This document shows, in pieces, positions 34,096 to 41,499 of a DNA stretch of 45,713 bases (position 1 is its first letter; each line of letters starts with the position of its first letter). Below the pieces are notes generated by a model. It saw nothing but the letters and a program-made list of their open reading frames with translations. It was not told the origin of the DNA and searched no databases. Where the stretch lies: the UHGV virus genome UHGV-0265688; one strand, given 5' to 3'. A program made the position numbers and the translations under genes. Source of the stretch: a virus.

Positions 34096-35193
34096 ATGAA
34101 AAGGTTTGGATTCCTCTATGAACGGATAGTTTCAGTGGAAAATTGCAGACTGGCTATCCTCAACGCTTCTCAAAAGAAGAAAAAGCGAAAAATGGTGAAA
34201 GAAGTCCTTGATAATTTGGAGCATTACGCCAACGACCTTTCCGAGCGAATGAGCCGCATGGATTTTCTCTCCCCATATAAGACCCGTATCATCAAGGACG
34301 GGTTATCTGGAAAAGAACGGGAACTGCAAGTCCCAGCGTTCTACCCCGACCAGTGCGCACACCACGCCATTATGCAGATTCTCAAGCCGATTATTGAGAA
34401 ATCGTCCTACCGATGGAGTTGCGCCAATATCCCCAACCGGGGCATTGACCTTGCTTGCAAGGGTGTGGAGAGAGCCACTGTGCGGGACAGGAAACACGCT
34501 AAATATTGCGTGAAAATGGACATTAGCAAGTTCTACCCGTCTATTCCTCATGGCAAGCTGAAAGCCCGACTGCGAGAGAAAATCAAAGACGAAAAGGCTT
34601 TGCAAATCATCTTCAAGGTGATTGACTCCCACAATCCGGGGCTTCCCATCGGGAACTATACTTCCCCTTGGCTGGCAGAACTATACTTGCAACCGCTGGA
34701 TTACCTTATCAAGCAAAAGCACCGAATACGACACTATATCCGCTACGCTGACGATCTGGTGCTGATAGACAGCAATAAACGAAAACTGAGGAAAGCTCTT
34801 CACGACATTTTCCTATTTGTGGAGGAGCTGGGCATGACAGTGAAACACGACTACCAGTTGTTTCGTATTCAGCCATACTGCAAGGAACGGACAGGCCGCA
34901 GGGGACGGAAGATAGATTTTGTAGGGAGGTGTTTCGGAATTGGTTTTACCACCATCCGAAAGAGGAGGGCGTTGGCACTTATGCGGCAGAGCAGGTTTAT
35001 TCAGAAGCTACAGCGGCAGAACCGGCCTGTCTCATACAGAATGGCTTCCGGGTTTCTCTCCCGGTGCGCCTGTTTCAAGCACACCAATTCATACGCCATG
35101 AAGAAAAAGTACTATGAAACGGTCAACATCAAAAAGTTAAAGGAGGTTGTTAGCAATGAGAGTAAGAGGAAATGTCTCGCCCAACTCGCTTAG
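34096..35193 (+). CDS. DGR-type reverse transcriptase
   Basis: N-terminus FLYERIVSVENCRLAILNASQKKKKRK typical of DGR RTs. Motifs QVPAFYPDQ, SPWLAELYL (SP.LAN-like), catalytic YADD (IRYADDLVLI). Confidence 0.8.
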   Translation: MKRFGFLYERIVSVENCRLAILNASQKKKKRKMVKEVLDNLEHYANDLSERMSRMDFLSPYKTRIIKDGLSGKERELQVPAFYPDQCAHHAIMQILKPIIEKSSYRWSCANIPNRGIDLACKGVERATVRDRKHAKYCVKMDISKFYPSIPHGKLKARLREKIKDEKALQIIFKVIDSHNPGLPIGNYTSPWLAELYLQPLDYLIKQKHRIRHYIRYADDLVLIDSNKRKLRKALHDIFLFVEELGMTVKHDYQLFRIQPYCKERTGRRGRKIDFVGRCFGIGFTTIRKRRALALMRQSRFIQKLQRQNRPVSYRMASGFLSRCACFKHTNSYAMKKKYYETVNIKKLKEVVSNESKRKCLAQLA

Positions 35194-35473
35194 TATTGAG
35201 CCGTTCGCACCCATGCCGGGATATGTGGAAGTTCGTCTGCGGGAGAACATCAAAGAGGTCACGGAAGTCGATGAAATGACGGAGCAGGAAATCCCGATGT
35301 TCGAGTATGACGAATATACCTTCCATCTGGCGAACAAAGAGGGTCTGCGGGAGGAAATCGAAGGAAATCTGAGCGACTGGCTTGTCACTGGCAGGACGCT
35401 TGAAATCAACGAGGGCGCAAGCATTGTGCAGGACATGAAAGAAGCTCTGGAAATCGTGGGGGTGAATATATGA
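35156..35473 (+). CDS. small acidic hypothetical protein
   Basis: ATG 35156 after AAGGAGGTTGTTAGCA. Overlaps the RT 3' end. Acidic, so unlike the basic Avd. Confidence 0.4.
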   Translation: MRVRGNVSPNSLSIEPFAPMPGYVEVRLRENIKEVTEVDEMTEQEIPMFEYDEYTFHLANKEGLREEIEGNLSDWLVTGRTLEINEGASIVQDMKEALEIVGVNI

Positions 35474-35895
35474 ACATGATCGAACAGGCACAGGCAATCC
35501 GGGAAGCTATGGACTACGCAGGAGCAAGCCTTGACGAGGACACCGCTCTGATTTGCGTTGCGCTCTACCGCCCATGGGAAGTTGGCGTTGCGTATAAGCA
35601 GAACGACCGCTTCACCTACGGCGTAAACAGTGTGGGAGACCCCCAGCTTTACAAGGTGGCACAGGCACACACCTCTCAGGCTGACTGGCTACCCGATAAG
35701 ACCCCGGCGTTGTACACCCCAATCGGGCTTGACGAGAGTGGCTACCCCATCTGGTCGAAGCCCACGGGGGCGCATGACGCTTACAACAAAGGGGACATCG
35801 TGAACTACAACGGCAAGCTGTACCAGTCTACGATTGACGGAAACACTTGGTCTCCCGATGAATACCCGGCAGGTTGGGTCGAATACACCGAGTAA
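35470..35895 (+). CDS. protein with C-terminal CBM5/12-like carbohydrate-binding motif
   Basis: ATGA-coupled. C-terminus YNKGDIVNYNGKLYQSTIDGNTWSPDEYPAGW resembles the chitin-binding type 3 motif (GD.V.YNG..Y.A.....W.P....W). Confidence 0.45.
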   Translation: MNMIEQAQAIREAMDYAGASLDEDTALICVALYRPWEVGVAYKQNDRFTYGVNSVGDPQLYKVAQAHTSQADWLPDKTPALYTPIGLDESGYPIWSKPTGAHDAYNKGDIVNYNGKLYQSTIDGNTWSPDEYPAGWVEYTE

Positions 35896-35916
35896 ACACA
35901 GAGAGGACAACAGGAA

Positions 35917-36240
35917 ATGATTTCGGAAACCACGCTGATTATCAGTATCGTTACCGCCGTATTTGCAAGCGCCGGCTTTTGGGCATTTATCACCTTTCTC
36001 ATTCAGAGGAAAGACAAGAAGGAAAGCACAGAAGGGAAAATGCTCAGAGGACTTGGGCATGACCGTATTTGTTACCTTGGGGCTTGCTACATCAAGCAAG
36101 GGTTCATCACCAAGGACGATTACGAGAATTTGCATGACTATCTGTACCTTCCCTACAAAGAACTCGGCGGTAACGGTACGGCTGAAAAAATCATGAAAGA
36201 AGTGGAAAGGCTTCCGCTTCTCAAAGACAAGGAGGATTAA
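35917..36240 (+). CDS. small membrane protein with one N-terminal transmembrane helix (holin-like, putative)
   Basis: RBS AGAGAGGACAACAGGAA then ATG. TM segment LIISIVTAVFASAGFWAFITFLI. Immediately upstream of the endolysin. Confidence 0.4.
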   Translation: MISETTLIISIVTAVFASAGFWAFITFLIQRKDKKESTEGKMLRGLGHDRICYLGACYIKQGFITKDDYENLHDYLYLPYKELGGNGTAEKIMKEVERLPLLKDKED

Positions 36241-36243
36241 ACC

Positions 36244-37194
36244 ATGGCCTACACAAACAGTCCGTTGGTGAGCTACACAAAGCTGTCACCAAACCATTCC
36301 GGGCAGAGGACGCACAGCATTGACCGAATTACTCCTCACTGCGTTGTGGGGCAGTGTTCGGTGGAAACGCTGGGGAACATCTTCTTGCCCACTTCCAGAC
36401 AAGCAAGCTGTAACTACGGTATTGGTTCTGACGGCAGAGTCGGTATGTACTGCGAGGAGAAGAACCGCTCGTGGTGTTCTTCCAGCAATGCAAACGACCA
36501 GAGAGCCGTTACCATCGAGTGCGCTTCCGACACCTCCGCTCCCTATGCGTTCAAAACGGTTGTCTACAACAAGCTCATTGACTTGTGTGTGGACATCTGC
36601 AAGCGCAACGGCAAAAAGAAACTGCTCTGGCTGGAGGACAAAAACAAGACGCTGAATTACAACCCGAAAACCGATGAAATGGTACTCACCGTTCACCGCT
36701 GGTTCGCCAATAAAAGCTGTCCCGGCGATTGGATGTACAATCGCATGGGAGACCTCGCTAAGGCCGTCACAGAGCGTCTGAGCGGCGTTTCTGGTGGAGG
36801 TAGTACAACTACACCCCCTACCTCTAAAACGCTCTACAGAGTGCGTAAGAGCTGGTCTGACGCTAAGAGCCAGATTGGTGCTTACTCTGTTCTGGAAAAC
36901 GCCAAGAAACAGGCCGACTTGAACCCCGGATATGAGGTGTATGATGAAAACGGTAAAGTGGTATATGGTGGTAAGACCGCCGTGACAACCCCATTCAAAC
37001 CGTACACTGTGCGTGTGACAATTCCTGATTTATATATCCGCAAGGGAGCGGGTACGAATTACGGAACCAACGGCTTCATCAAGCCGGGTGTCTACACCAT
37101 CGTGGCAGAGCAGAGCGGTCAGGGTGCTTCCAAGTGGGGCAAGCTGAAATCCGGGGCTGGCTGGATTTCTCTTGACCATGCGAAGAAGCTCTAA
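36244..37194 (+). CDS. Endolysin: N-acetylmuramoyl-L-alanine amidase (Amidase_2-type) plus C-terminal SH3b cell-wall-binding repeats
   Basis: N-terminal catalytic region with conserved H/C. C-terminal YTVRVTIPDLYIRKGAGTNYGTNGFIKPGVYTIVAEQSGQGASKWGKLKSGAGWISLDHAKKL is a typical SH3_3/SH3b. Confidence 0.7.
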   Translation: MAYTNSPLVSYTKLSPNHSGQRTHSIDRITPHCVVGQCSVETLGNIFLPTSRQASCNYGIGSDGRVGMYCEEKNRSWCSSSNANDQRAVTIECASDTSAPYAFKTVVYNKLIDLCVDICKRNGKKKLLWLEDKNKTLNYNPKTDEMVLTVHRWFANKSCPGDWMYNRMGDLAKAVTERLSGVSGGGSTTTPPTSKTLYRVRKSWSDAKSQIGAYSVLENAKKQADLNPGYEVYDENGKVVYGGKTAVTTPFKPYTVRVTIPDLYIRKGAGTNYGTNGFIKPGVYTIVAEQSGQGASKWGKLKSGAGWISLDHAKKL

Positions 37195-37493
37195 TGGCAA
37201 GGCGCAGACGGAAGAAGCAAAGACCCGCTTCGGAGTTTTCCAAGAAAATCGTGGTCGCAGTTTTCGCTATCAACATCGTGGTGATCGCTTTCACTCTGAT
37301 AATGATATGGCGCACAAACGACCTCTCTCCGCTGGCTTACCTCATACCAGCCGTTGCCGCTGAGACCGCAACGGGGACAGGCTTCTATTACGCAAAAGCC
37401 AAAGTGGAAAACCGCATAAAGCTGATGAAGCATTACGACATCACGCCAACCGAACAATCTTTTAACGAACAAGGAGGATATTACAATGGTTGA
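37194..37493 (+). CDS. small membrane protein with basic N-terminus and two transmembrane helices (holin/antiholin-like)
   Basis: ATG overlaps the endolysin stop (TAATGG). TM helices IVVAVFAINIVVIAFTLIMIW and LAYLIPAVAAE. Confidence 0.45.
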   Translation: MARRRRKKQRPASEFSKKIVVAVFAINIVVIAFTLIMIWRTNDLSPLAYLIPAVAAETATGTGFYYAKAKVENRIKLMKHYDITPTEQSFNEQGGYYNG

Positions 37494-37788
37494 CCTTACC
37501 CCTATCATCACCGCAGTTCTGACCCTCATTTTCTCGCTGATTACCGCTTTCCTCATTCCCTATATCAAGACCAAGGTGAGTGCGGAACAATTCGCCACCA
37601 TCAAGCTGTGGGTGCAGGTCGCTGTACAGGCGGCAGAAATGCTCTATGTCGGTAGCGGCAGAGGAGAGGAAAAGAAGAAATATGTGATTGAGTTTCTGAA
37701 CAGCAAGGGGTTCACGCTGAACGCAGAGGAGATTGAAAACCTCATTGAATCCGCTGTCTTGGAGCTGAAACAGTCGCAGGTAAAGTAG
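37486..37788 (+). CDS. Holin, LL-H family
   Basis: RBS ACAAGGAGGATATTACA then ATG. N-terminal TM helix AVLTLIFSLITAFLIPYIK followed by LWVQVAVQAAEMLYVGSGRGEEKKKYV, typical of the LL-H holin family. TAG stop lies inside element C. Confidence 0.6.
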   Translation: MVDLTPIITAVLTLIFSLITAFLIPYIKTKVSAEQFATIKLWVQVAVQAAEMLYVGSGRGEEKKKYVIEFLNSKGFTLNAEEIENLIESAVLELKQSQVK

Positions 37789-37891
37789 TTAAAGTAGTTC
37801 AAAATCGGTTTTTGCGTAAACTTTCTCTATATACACGCGTACTATGCAAAAGTTACACGCAAAAACCAAAGAACAACTACTTTAACTACTT
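37783..37891. repeat. Copy C of the ~110-bp palindromic element, between the lysis module and the serine integrase gene. Candidate attP.
   Basis: AAGTAGTTAAAGTAGTTC ... GAACAACTACTTTAACTACTT with inner TTTTTGCGTAAAC / TTACACGCAAAAA and a central CTCTATATACACGCGTACTATGC. Followed by ATAAGAACAAGAAGAA as in copy A. Confidence 0.7.
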
Positions 37892-37927
37892 GTATAAGAA
37901 CAAGAAGAATAATTTACAAACAAAACA

Positions 37928-37958
37928 AGAGGAGGTGGGCGTTTAACCTACCTCCTCT
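37928..37958. terminator. bidirectional hairpin terminator (AGAGGAGGTgggcgtttaACCTACCTCCTCT) overlapping the integrase stop codon
   Basis: 9-bp GC-rich stem. T-rich on the minus strand beyond it (GTTTTGTTTGTAAATTATT). Confidence 0.5.
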
Positions 37959-39490
37959 ATATTCATAACAAACCCGAAACAGTGTTTTACAAAAAACAAG
38001 GTGTTCGGATTTGCACCTTTTGGTGGAGCCACACACGCTATATCCGAACACGAAAGTGTAGCTGTATTCTGTCCTGACATATTGAAGGTAAATACGATTC
38101 TTCTCCCCTTATCCCCATCGTCATAGATATATACGGAGTTCACCAGTGTGTCTATCACTCTGCGTCTGTACTCAATATCATTCACATTACCACTCTTGAA
38201 CGAATTGAGCCAGTGCATTATGCGCTCTTTCGTCAGGAGTGGTTTTTTCATTTCCTCACGAGCAATCTTCCCCTCCAAGTCGTTCTTCTCAGCTTCCAGC
38301 TCGTCCATTCGTTCCTTGGTGGTGGGTGTGATTATCCCCTGTTCGATGGCGTTCATGAGGTTTTTTATTTTCTTCTTAATGTCTTTCAGCTCGTTTTGAA
38401 GTCCGTTGAGGTAAGAGGTGTCAGCCGACTCCTTTTCGATAATCTCCATGGTCTTTCTGGCAATACGCTCTATGGTTTCATCATTCAATACATTTTGAAC
38501 GGTGAACCGCACCACCAGCTCCTCTATCCAATCCTTTTTCTCCACCGCCTTTTTGCACTTGTGATTTCGCTTACGGTCAATGCACTTGTAGTAGTGGTGG
38601 AGCTTGCCCGATCTGGAAGTGCCGCTTTCTCCGACCATGGAGGAGCCGCAATGACCGCAGAACAATTTTGTGGTGAGAAGATAATCGTCTTTAGCCTTAT
38701 TCCTCGCACGAGCCGAATAGTTGTGCCTGAGAGTGGCTTGGACTTTCTCAAATAACTCCCGGCTTATGATAGGCGGCACACCGTCCTCTACCACAACATC
38801 TGCGAAACGGTAGACCCCGATATACCTGTCGTTTTTCAGCATTGTGCGCAGACTGTTTTTGTTAAAGGCGTTCCCTCGTGAGGTTTTATACCCTCGTCTG
38901 TTGCACTCGTTGATAATCTGAGTTGCCGACATACCATCTGCATACATCTGAAAGATTTCTTGTACAATTTTCGCCCCAACGGGGTCGATTTTATACTTTC
39001 TATCTTCCCCTACAGTGTAGCCCAAGGGCATACCTGCCCCTCCTACGGCAAGGCACTGTAGGGCATTTTCTTTTAATCCTCGCTTGATGTTCCGGGACAG
39101 GTTCTCTGAATAGTATTCTGCGTACCCTTCCAGCACTGATTCCAGGATAATCCCTTCCGGGGTATCAGGCATGGGCTGTTTGGCGTAATAGACTTTCACG
39201 CCATTCTTTTTCAGCTTTGCTTTGTAAATAGCTGAATCATATCGGTTTCGGGCAAAGCGGTCAAGGGTGTACATTATCACCGCTTCAAATTGCCCCTTTT
39301 CACTGTCCTTTATGAGCCTTTGAAAGTTTGGACGATTATCGGTTTTACCTGAGATTGCTCTGTCGCAATATTCACCGATGATCGTCATTCCATTTTTCAG
39401 TGCAAAGTCGTGACACTCACGGAGCTGTCCCTCTATGGATTCCTCTCTCTGGTTATGGCTCGAATATCTGGCATAGATTACCGCTTTCGT
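37943..39490 (-). CDS. Large serine recombinase (phage integrase). No canonical start codon upstream of the catalytic serine.
   Basis: Minus-strand frame reads ...TTKAVIYARYSSHNQREESIEGQLRECHDFALKNGMTIIGEYCDRAISG then recombinase domain and a zinc ribbon (CGHCG...YYKC) with coiled-coil. The track starts at ATG 39388, downstream of the YARYSS active site. RBS GGAGGTGAT at 39493-39501. Codons between it and YAR are ACT ACG AAA GCG GTA ATC, with an in-frame TAA at 39512-39514. Confidence 0.65.
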   Translation of the reverse strand, partial: TKAVIYARYSSHNQREESIEGQLRECHDFALKNGMTIIGEYCDRAISGKTDNRPNFQRLIKDSEKGQFEAVIMYTLDRFARNRYDSAIYKAKLKKNGVKVYYAKQPMPDTPEGIILESVLEGYAEYYSENLSRNIKRGLKENALQCLAVGGAGMPLGYTVGEDRKYKIDPVGAKIVQEIFQMYADGMSATQIINECNRRGYKTSRGNAFNKNSLRTMLKNDRYIGVYRFADVVVEDGVPPIISRELFEKVQATLRHNYSARARNKAKDDYLLTTKLFCGHCGSSMVGESGTSRSGKLHHYYKCIDRKRNHKCKKAVEKKDWIEELVVRFTVQNVLNDETIERIARKTMEIIEKESADTSYLNGLQNELKDIKKKIKNLMNAIEQGIITPTTKERMDELEAEKNDLEGKIAREEMKKPLLTKERIMHWLNSFKSGNVNDIEYRRRVIDTLVNSVYIYDDGDKGRRIVFTFNMSGQNTATLSCSDIACVAPPKGANPNTLFFVKHCFGFVMNIEEVG

Positions 39491-39511
39491 AGTATCACCT
39501 CCAAGTGCTTC

Positions 39512-39901
39512 TTATGCCTGAGCAATTCTATGGGGATTATCCTCGCTGTGCGTAGAAGATTCTTTATCCCCCTCTAATTCCTCTCGGTTTTCAAATTCGT
39601 ACACCATAGCCATGAACTCATGCTTGGTTCGTCTGGAAAGCGAGCGATAGACCCTGAGAATGTCTTTCTCGTCCTCGTTTTGCGGCTCATTCTGCGGCGC
39701 AAGGTCTTCTTCGTCCATGAAGAAATCGAGGACGGAACAATGCAGTATCTTTGCCATTTCCACCATTTCATCTTCTTTCGGGAGCGACCCCTTATTGATG
39801 GCACTGGTGAATGAGGATGAGCCTTTGACCTGCTTCACGACAGCGGTGAGATTTGTCCCACGCTGAATACAAATTCGATTGATGTTTTCTCTGAAAGACA
39901 T
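39512..39901 (-). CDS. cI-like XRE-family repressor (N-terminal HTH, acidic C-terminal domain)
   Basis: Minus-strand RBS AAAGGAGAATCGTT then ATG 39901. HTH IQRGTNLTAVVKQV. Divergent from the Cro-like gene across an operator-rich region. Confidence 0.6.
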   Translation of the reverse strand: MSFRENINRICIQRGTNLTAVVKQVKGSSSFTSAINKGSLPKEDEMVEMAKILHCSVLDFFMDEEDLAPQNEPQNEDEKDILRVYRSLSRRTKHEFMAMVYEFENREELEGDKESSTHSEDNPHRIAQA

Positions 39902-39952
39902 AACGATTCTCCTTTCACAAATTTTAATTCTGATTTTTTTGAATTTATCTAT

Positions 39953-40107
39953 TGACAATTCGTGAAAGAAGAACTATAATAAGACCAAGAAGTTCGGGAT
40001 TTACGAATTGGCAATAAGAAACCGACCCCCTTGAAAGTGGCAATTTCGAGGAGGAGCGAGGATTGAGTAGTCCTATAAGAATAATAACATCAATTCGCTT
40101 TGTTGTC
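39953..40107 (+). promoter_or_regulatory. Genetic switch region: perfect sigma70 promoter TTGACA-N17-TATAAT (39953-39981) with three CAATTCG-containing operator half-sites
   Basis: ACAATTCGTG at 39957, CGAATTGG (inverted) at ~40006, TCAATTCGCT at ~40097. CAATTCGT / ACGAATTG form an inverted repeat pair spanning the promoter. Confidence 0.55.
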
Positions 40108-40149
40108 AAGGTAATTCCTGTTTTCTGAATTGCGAAAGGAGGTAAAAAT

Positions 40150-40344
40150 ATGAGCCACATTCAGGAACGAATGAAGAAGCTCGGTGTCAAGCAGGTGGAT
40201 TTGATTCTCGAACTGCGTAAGCGAGGTATCACAGTTCAGCCGCCCGAAATGTCGAGCATTATCCGGGGTGTCTACACCTACCCAAAGGCAAAGGTGGTTC
40301 TTGATGAATGTGACAAAATCCTCTCTGAATGTGAATCTCAGTGA
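40150..40344 (+). CDS. Cro-like HTH regulator
   Basis: RBS GAAAGGAGGTAAAAAT then ATG. HTH KKLGVKQVDLILELRKRGITV. 64 aa. Confidence 0.55.
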   Translation: MSHIQERMKKLGVKQVDLILELRKRGITVQPPEMSSIIRGVYTYPKAKVVLDECDKILSECESQ

Positions 40345-40480
40345 TTCACAGATTACAGACCTCGCAAGACCACTGGTGGGTATTTTGCAGAAGTTCTACG
40401 AAGACCCGAAAAATGAGGAGGATTTTCAAAAATGGCTACGCAATGTAGAGAAAGCAAAAGAAAACCAAGACGCAACCTGA
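40304..40480 (+). CDS. small hypothetical protein (overlaps both neighbours; doubtful)
   Basis: ATG 40304 after AAGGTGGTTCTTG. 58 aa. Confidence 0.25.
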   Translation: MNVTKSSLNVNLSDSQITDLARPLVGILQKFYEDPKNEEDFQKWLRNVEKAKENQDAT

Positions 40481-41079
40481 TACGCCTGTATGGTGTTCTC
40501 GTAGGGTTGGCGGTCGCAGGAATGGCAATGGGCTTTGCCGTTGGGAAATTCACCACCCCGCAGAAAACGGTGACAATCACCGAGAAGGTGGAAGTCCCGG
40601 TGTATGAGTCTGGTGCGCTCCCCGAAAACGCAGATGTGTTTCTGTATGACATTCCGTTATCAGATTCTTTGCAGAGATACATTTACGAAATTTGCGCAGA
40701 GAAAAGCGTCCCGGTAACGCTGGCTCTTGCCATGATTGAGCATGAGAGCGGCTTCAACCCGGAAGTTGTCAGTTCCACAAACGATTACGGTCTCATGCAG
40801 ATCAACGCTGTAAACCATGGCTGGCTTGAGGAGCAATACCGAACCGCAGACTTCCTCAACCCTTATCAGAACGCTTTTTGCGGTATCACGATTATTGGCG
40901 GTTACATCGAAAAATATGGTGATTATGGCAAGGCTCTGATGGCGTACAACATGGGCGATTATGGAGCGCAAAAGGCTTGGGAAAGCGGAGTTACCAACAC
41001 AAATTACTCCTCCACGATTCTTGAGCTTATGCAAGAGTACGAGGAGGTGTCACGCAATGCCAAGCACGATGGAGCTTAA
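40432..41079 (+). CDS. Membrane-anchored lytic transglycosylase (SLT domain)
   Basis: RBS GAGGAGGATTTTCAAAA then ATG. N-terminal TM helix LIRLYGVLVGLAVAGMAMGFAV. SLT catalytic motif ...EHESGFNPE...YGLMQINAVNHGW. Confidence 0.65.
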   Translation: MATQCRESKRKPRRNLIRLYGVLVGLAVAGMAMGFAVGKFTTPQKTVTITEKVEVPVYESGALPENADVFLYDIPLSDSLQRYIYEICAEKSVPVTLALAMIEHESGFNPEVVSSTNDYGLMQINAVNHGWLEEQYRTADFLNPYQNAFCGITIIGGYIEKYGDYGKALMAYNMGDYGAQKAWESGVTNTNYSSTILELMQEYEEVSRNAKHDGA

Positions 41080-41485
41080 AGATACTTCTATGGCTATCAG
41101 GGGGGGGCAAGTGAAATCGGGCGAAAGGGTGCGATTGCCAAAATCATTCTACGAACACCCTCTGACTGCAAAAGAAGCGCAATTTGCCGAAGATAATCTT
41201 TACATTGTCTGGTGGTACTTGGATCGGCGGGGACTTGACCGGGAGGAATGGTTCGATGTAGTGATTTTACGCTATCTGATAAGTGTAAAACGGTGGTTTG
41301 CCCTCCCCGATTTGCAAAAAGTGAAGTTCGTCACTGTGGCCTGTAATGCTATGAAATCAGCCATCGGAAATGAATGGCACAAAAGGGCTAATGAACCTAA
41401 GATTGTTAGCTTATATGAATCTATTCCCGGAACAGATGATTTGCTGTATATCGACACAATAGCGGCTTCGGAGATTTTTTTTTAA
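41056..41485 (+). CDS. Sigma-70 region-2-like (ECF-like) small protein, possible late-gene regulator
   Basis: RBS GAGGAGGTGTCACGCA then ATG. AEDNLYIVWWYLDRRGL...EEWFDVVILRYLISVKRW...VACNAMKSAIGNEWHKRANEPK parallels the ECF sigma region 2 pattern (DLVQE.FL..W..LD.F....F..WL..IARN..ID..RRR). No region 4 evident. G8 tract at 41100-41107 near the 5' end. Confidence 0.35.
41100..41107 (+). repeat. G8 homopolymer inside the 5' end of the sigma-like gene
   Basis: atcaggggggggcaag encodes RGG. Third long G tract in the window. Confidence 0.55.
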
Positions 41486-41499
41486 GAGGAGGTAATGTA

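Larger units (their letters stand above)
33647..35193 (+). mobile_element. Diversity-generating retroelement: VR (tail fiber 3' end) - hairpin - TR - RT. No recognisable avd gene.
   Basis: Co-localised VR/TR pair with adenine-specific divergence plus an RT with DGR-type N-terminus and YADD. Confidence 0.75.

Noticed and set aside
35156-35473. Acidic small ORF after the RT as the DGR accessory protein Avd
   Set aside because: Avd proteins are basic four-helix bundles. This ORF is strongly acidic and overlaps the RT 3' end. Kept as a hypothetical protein only.
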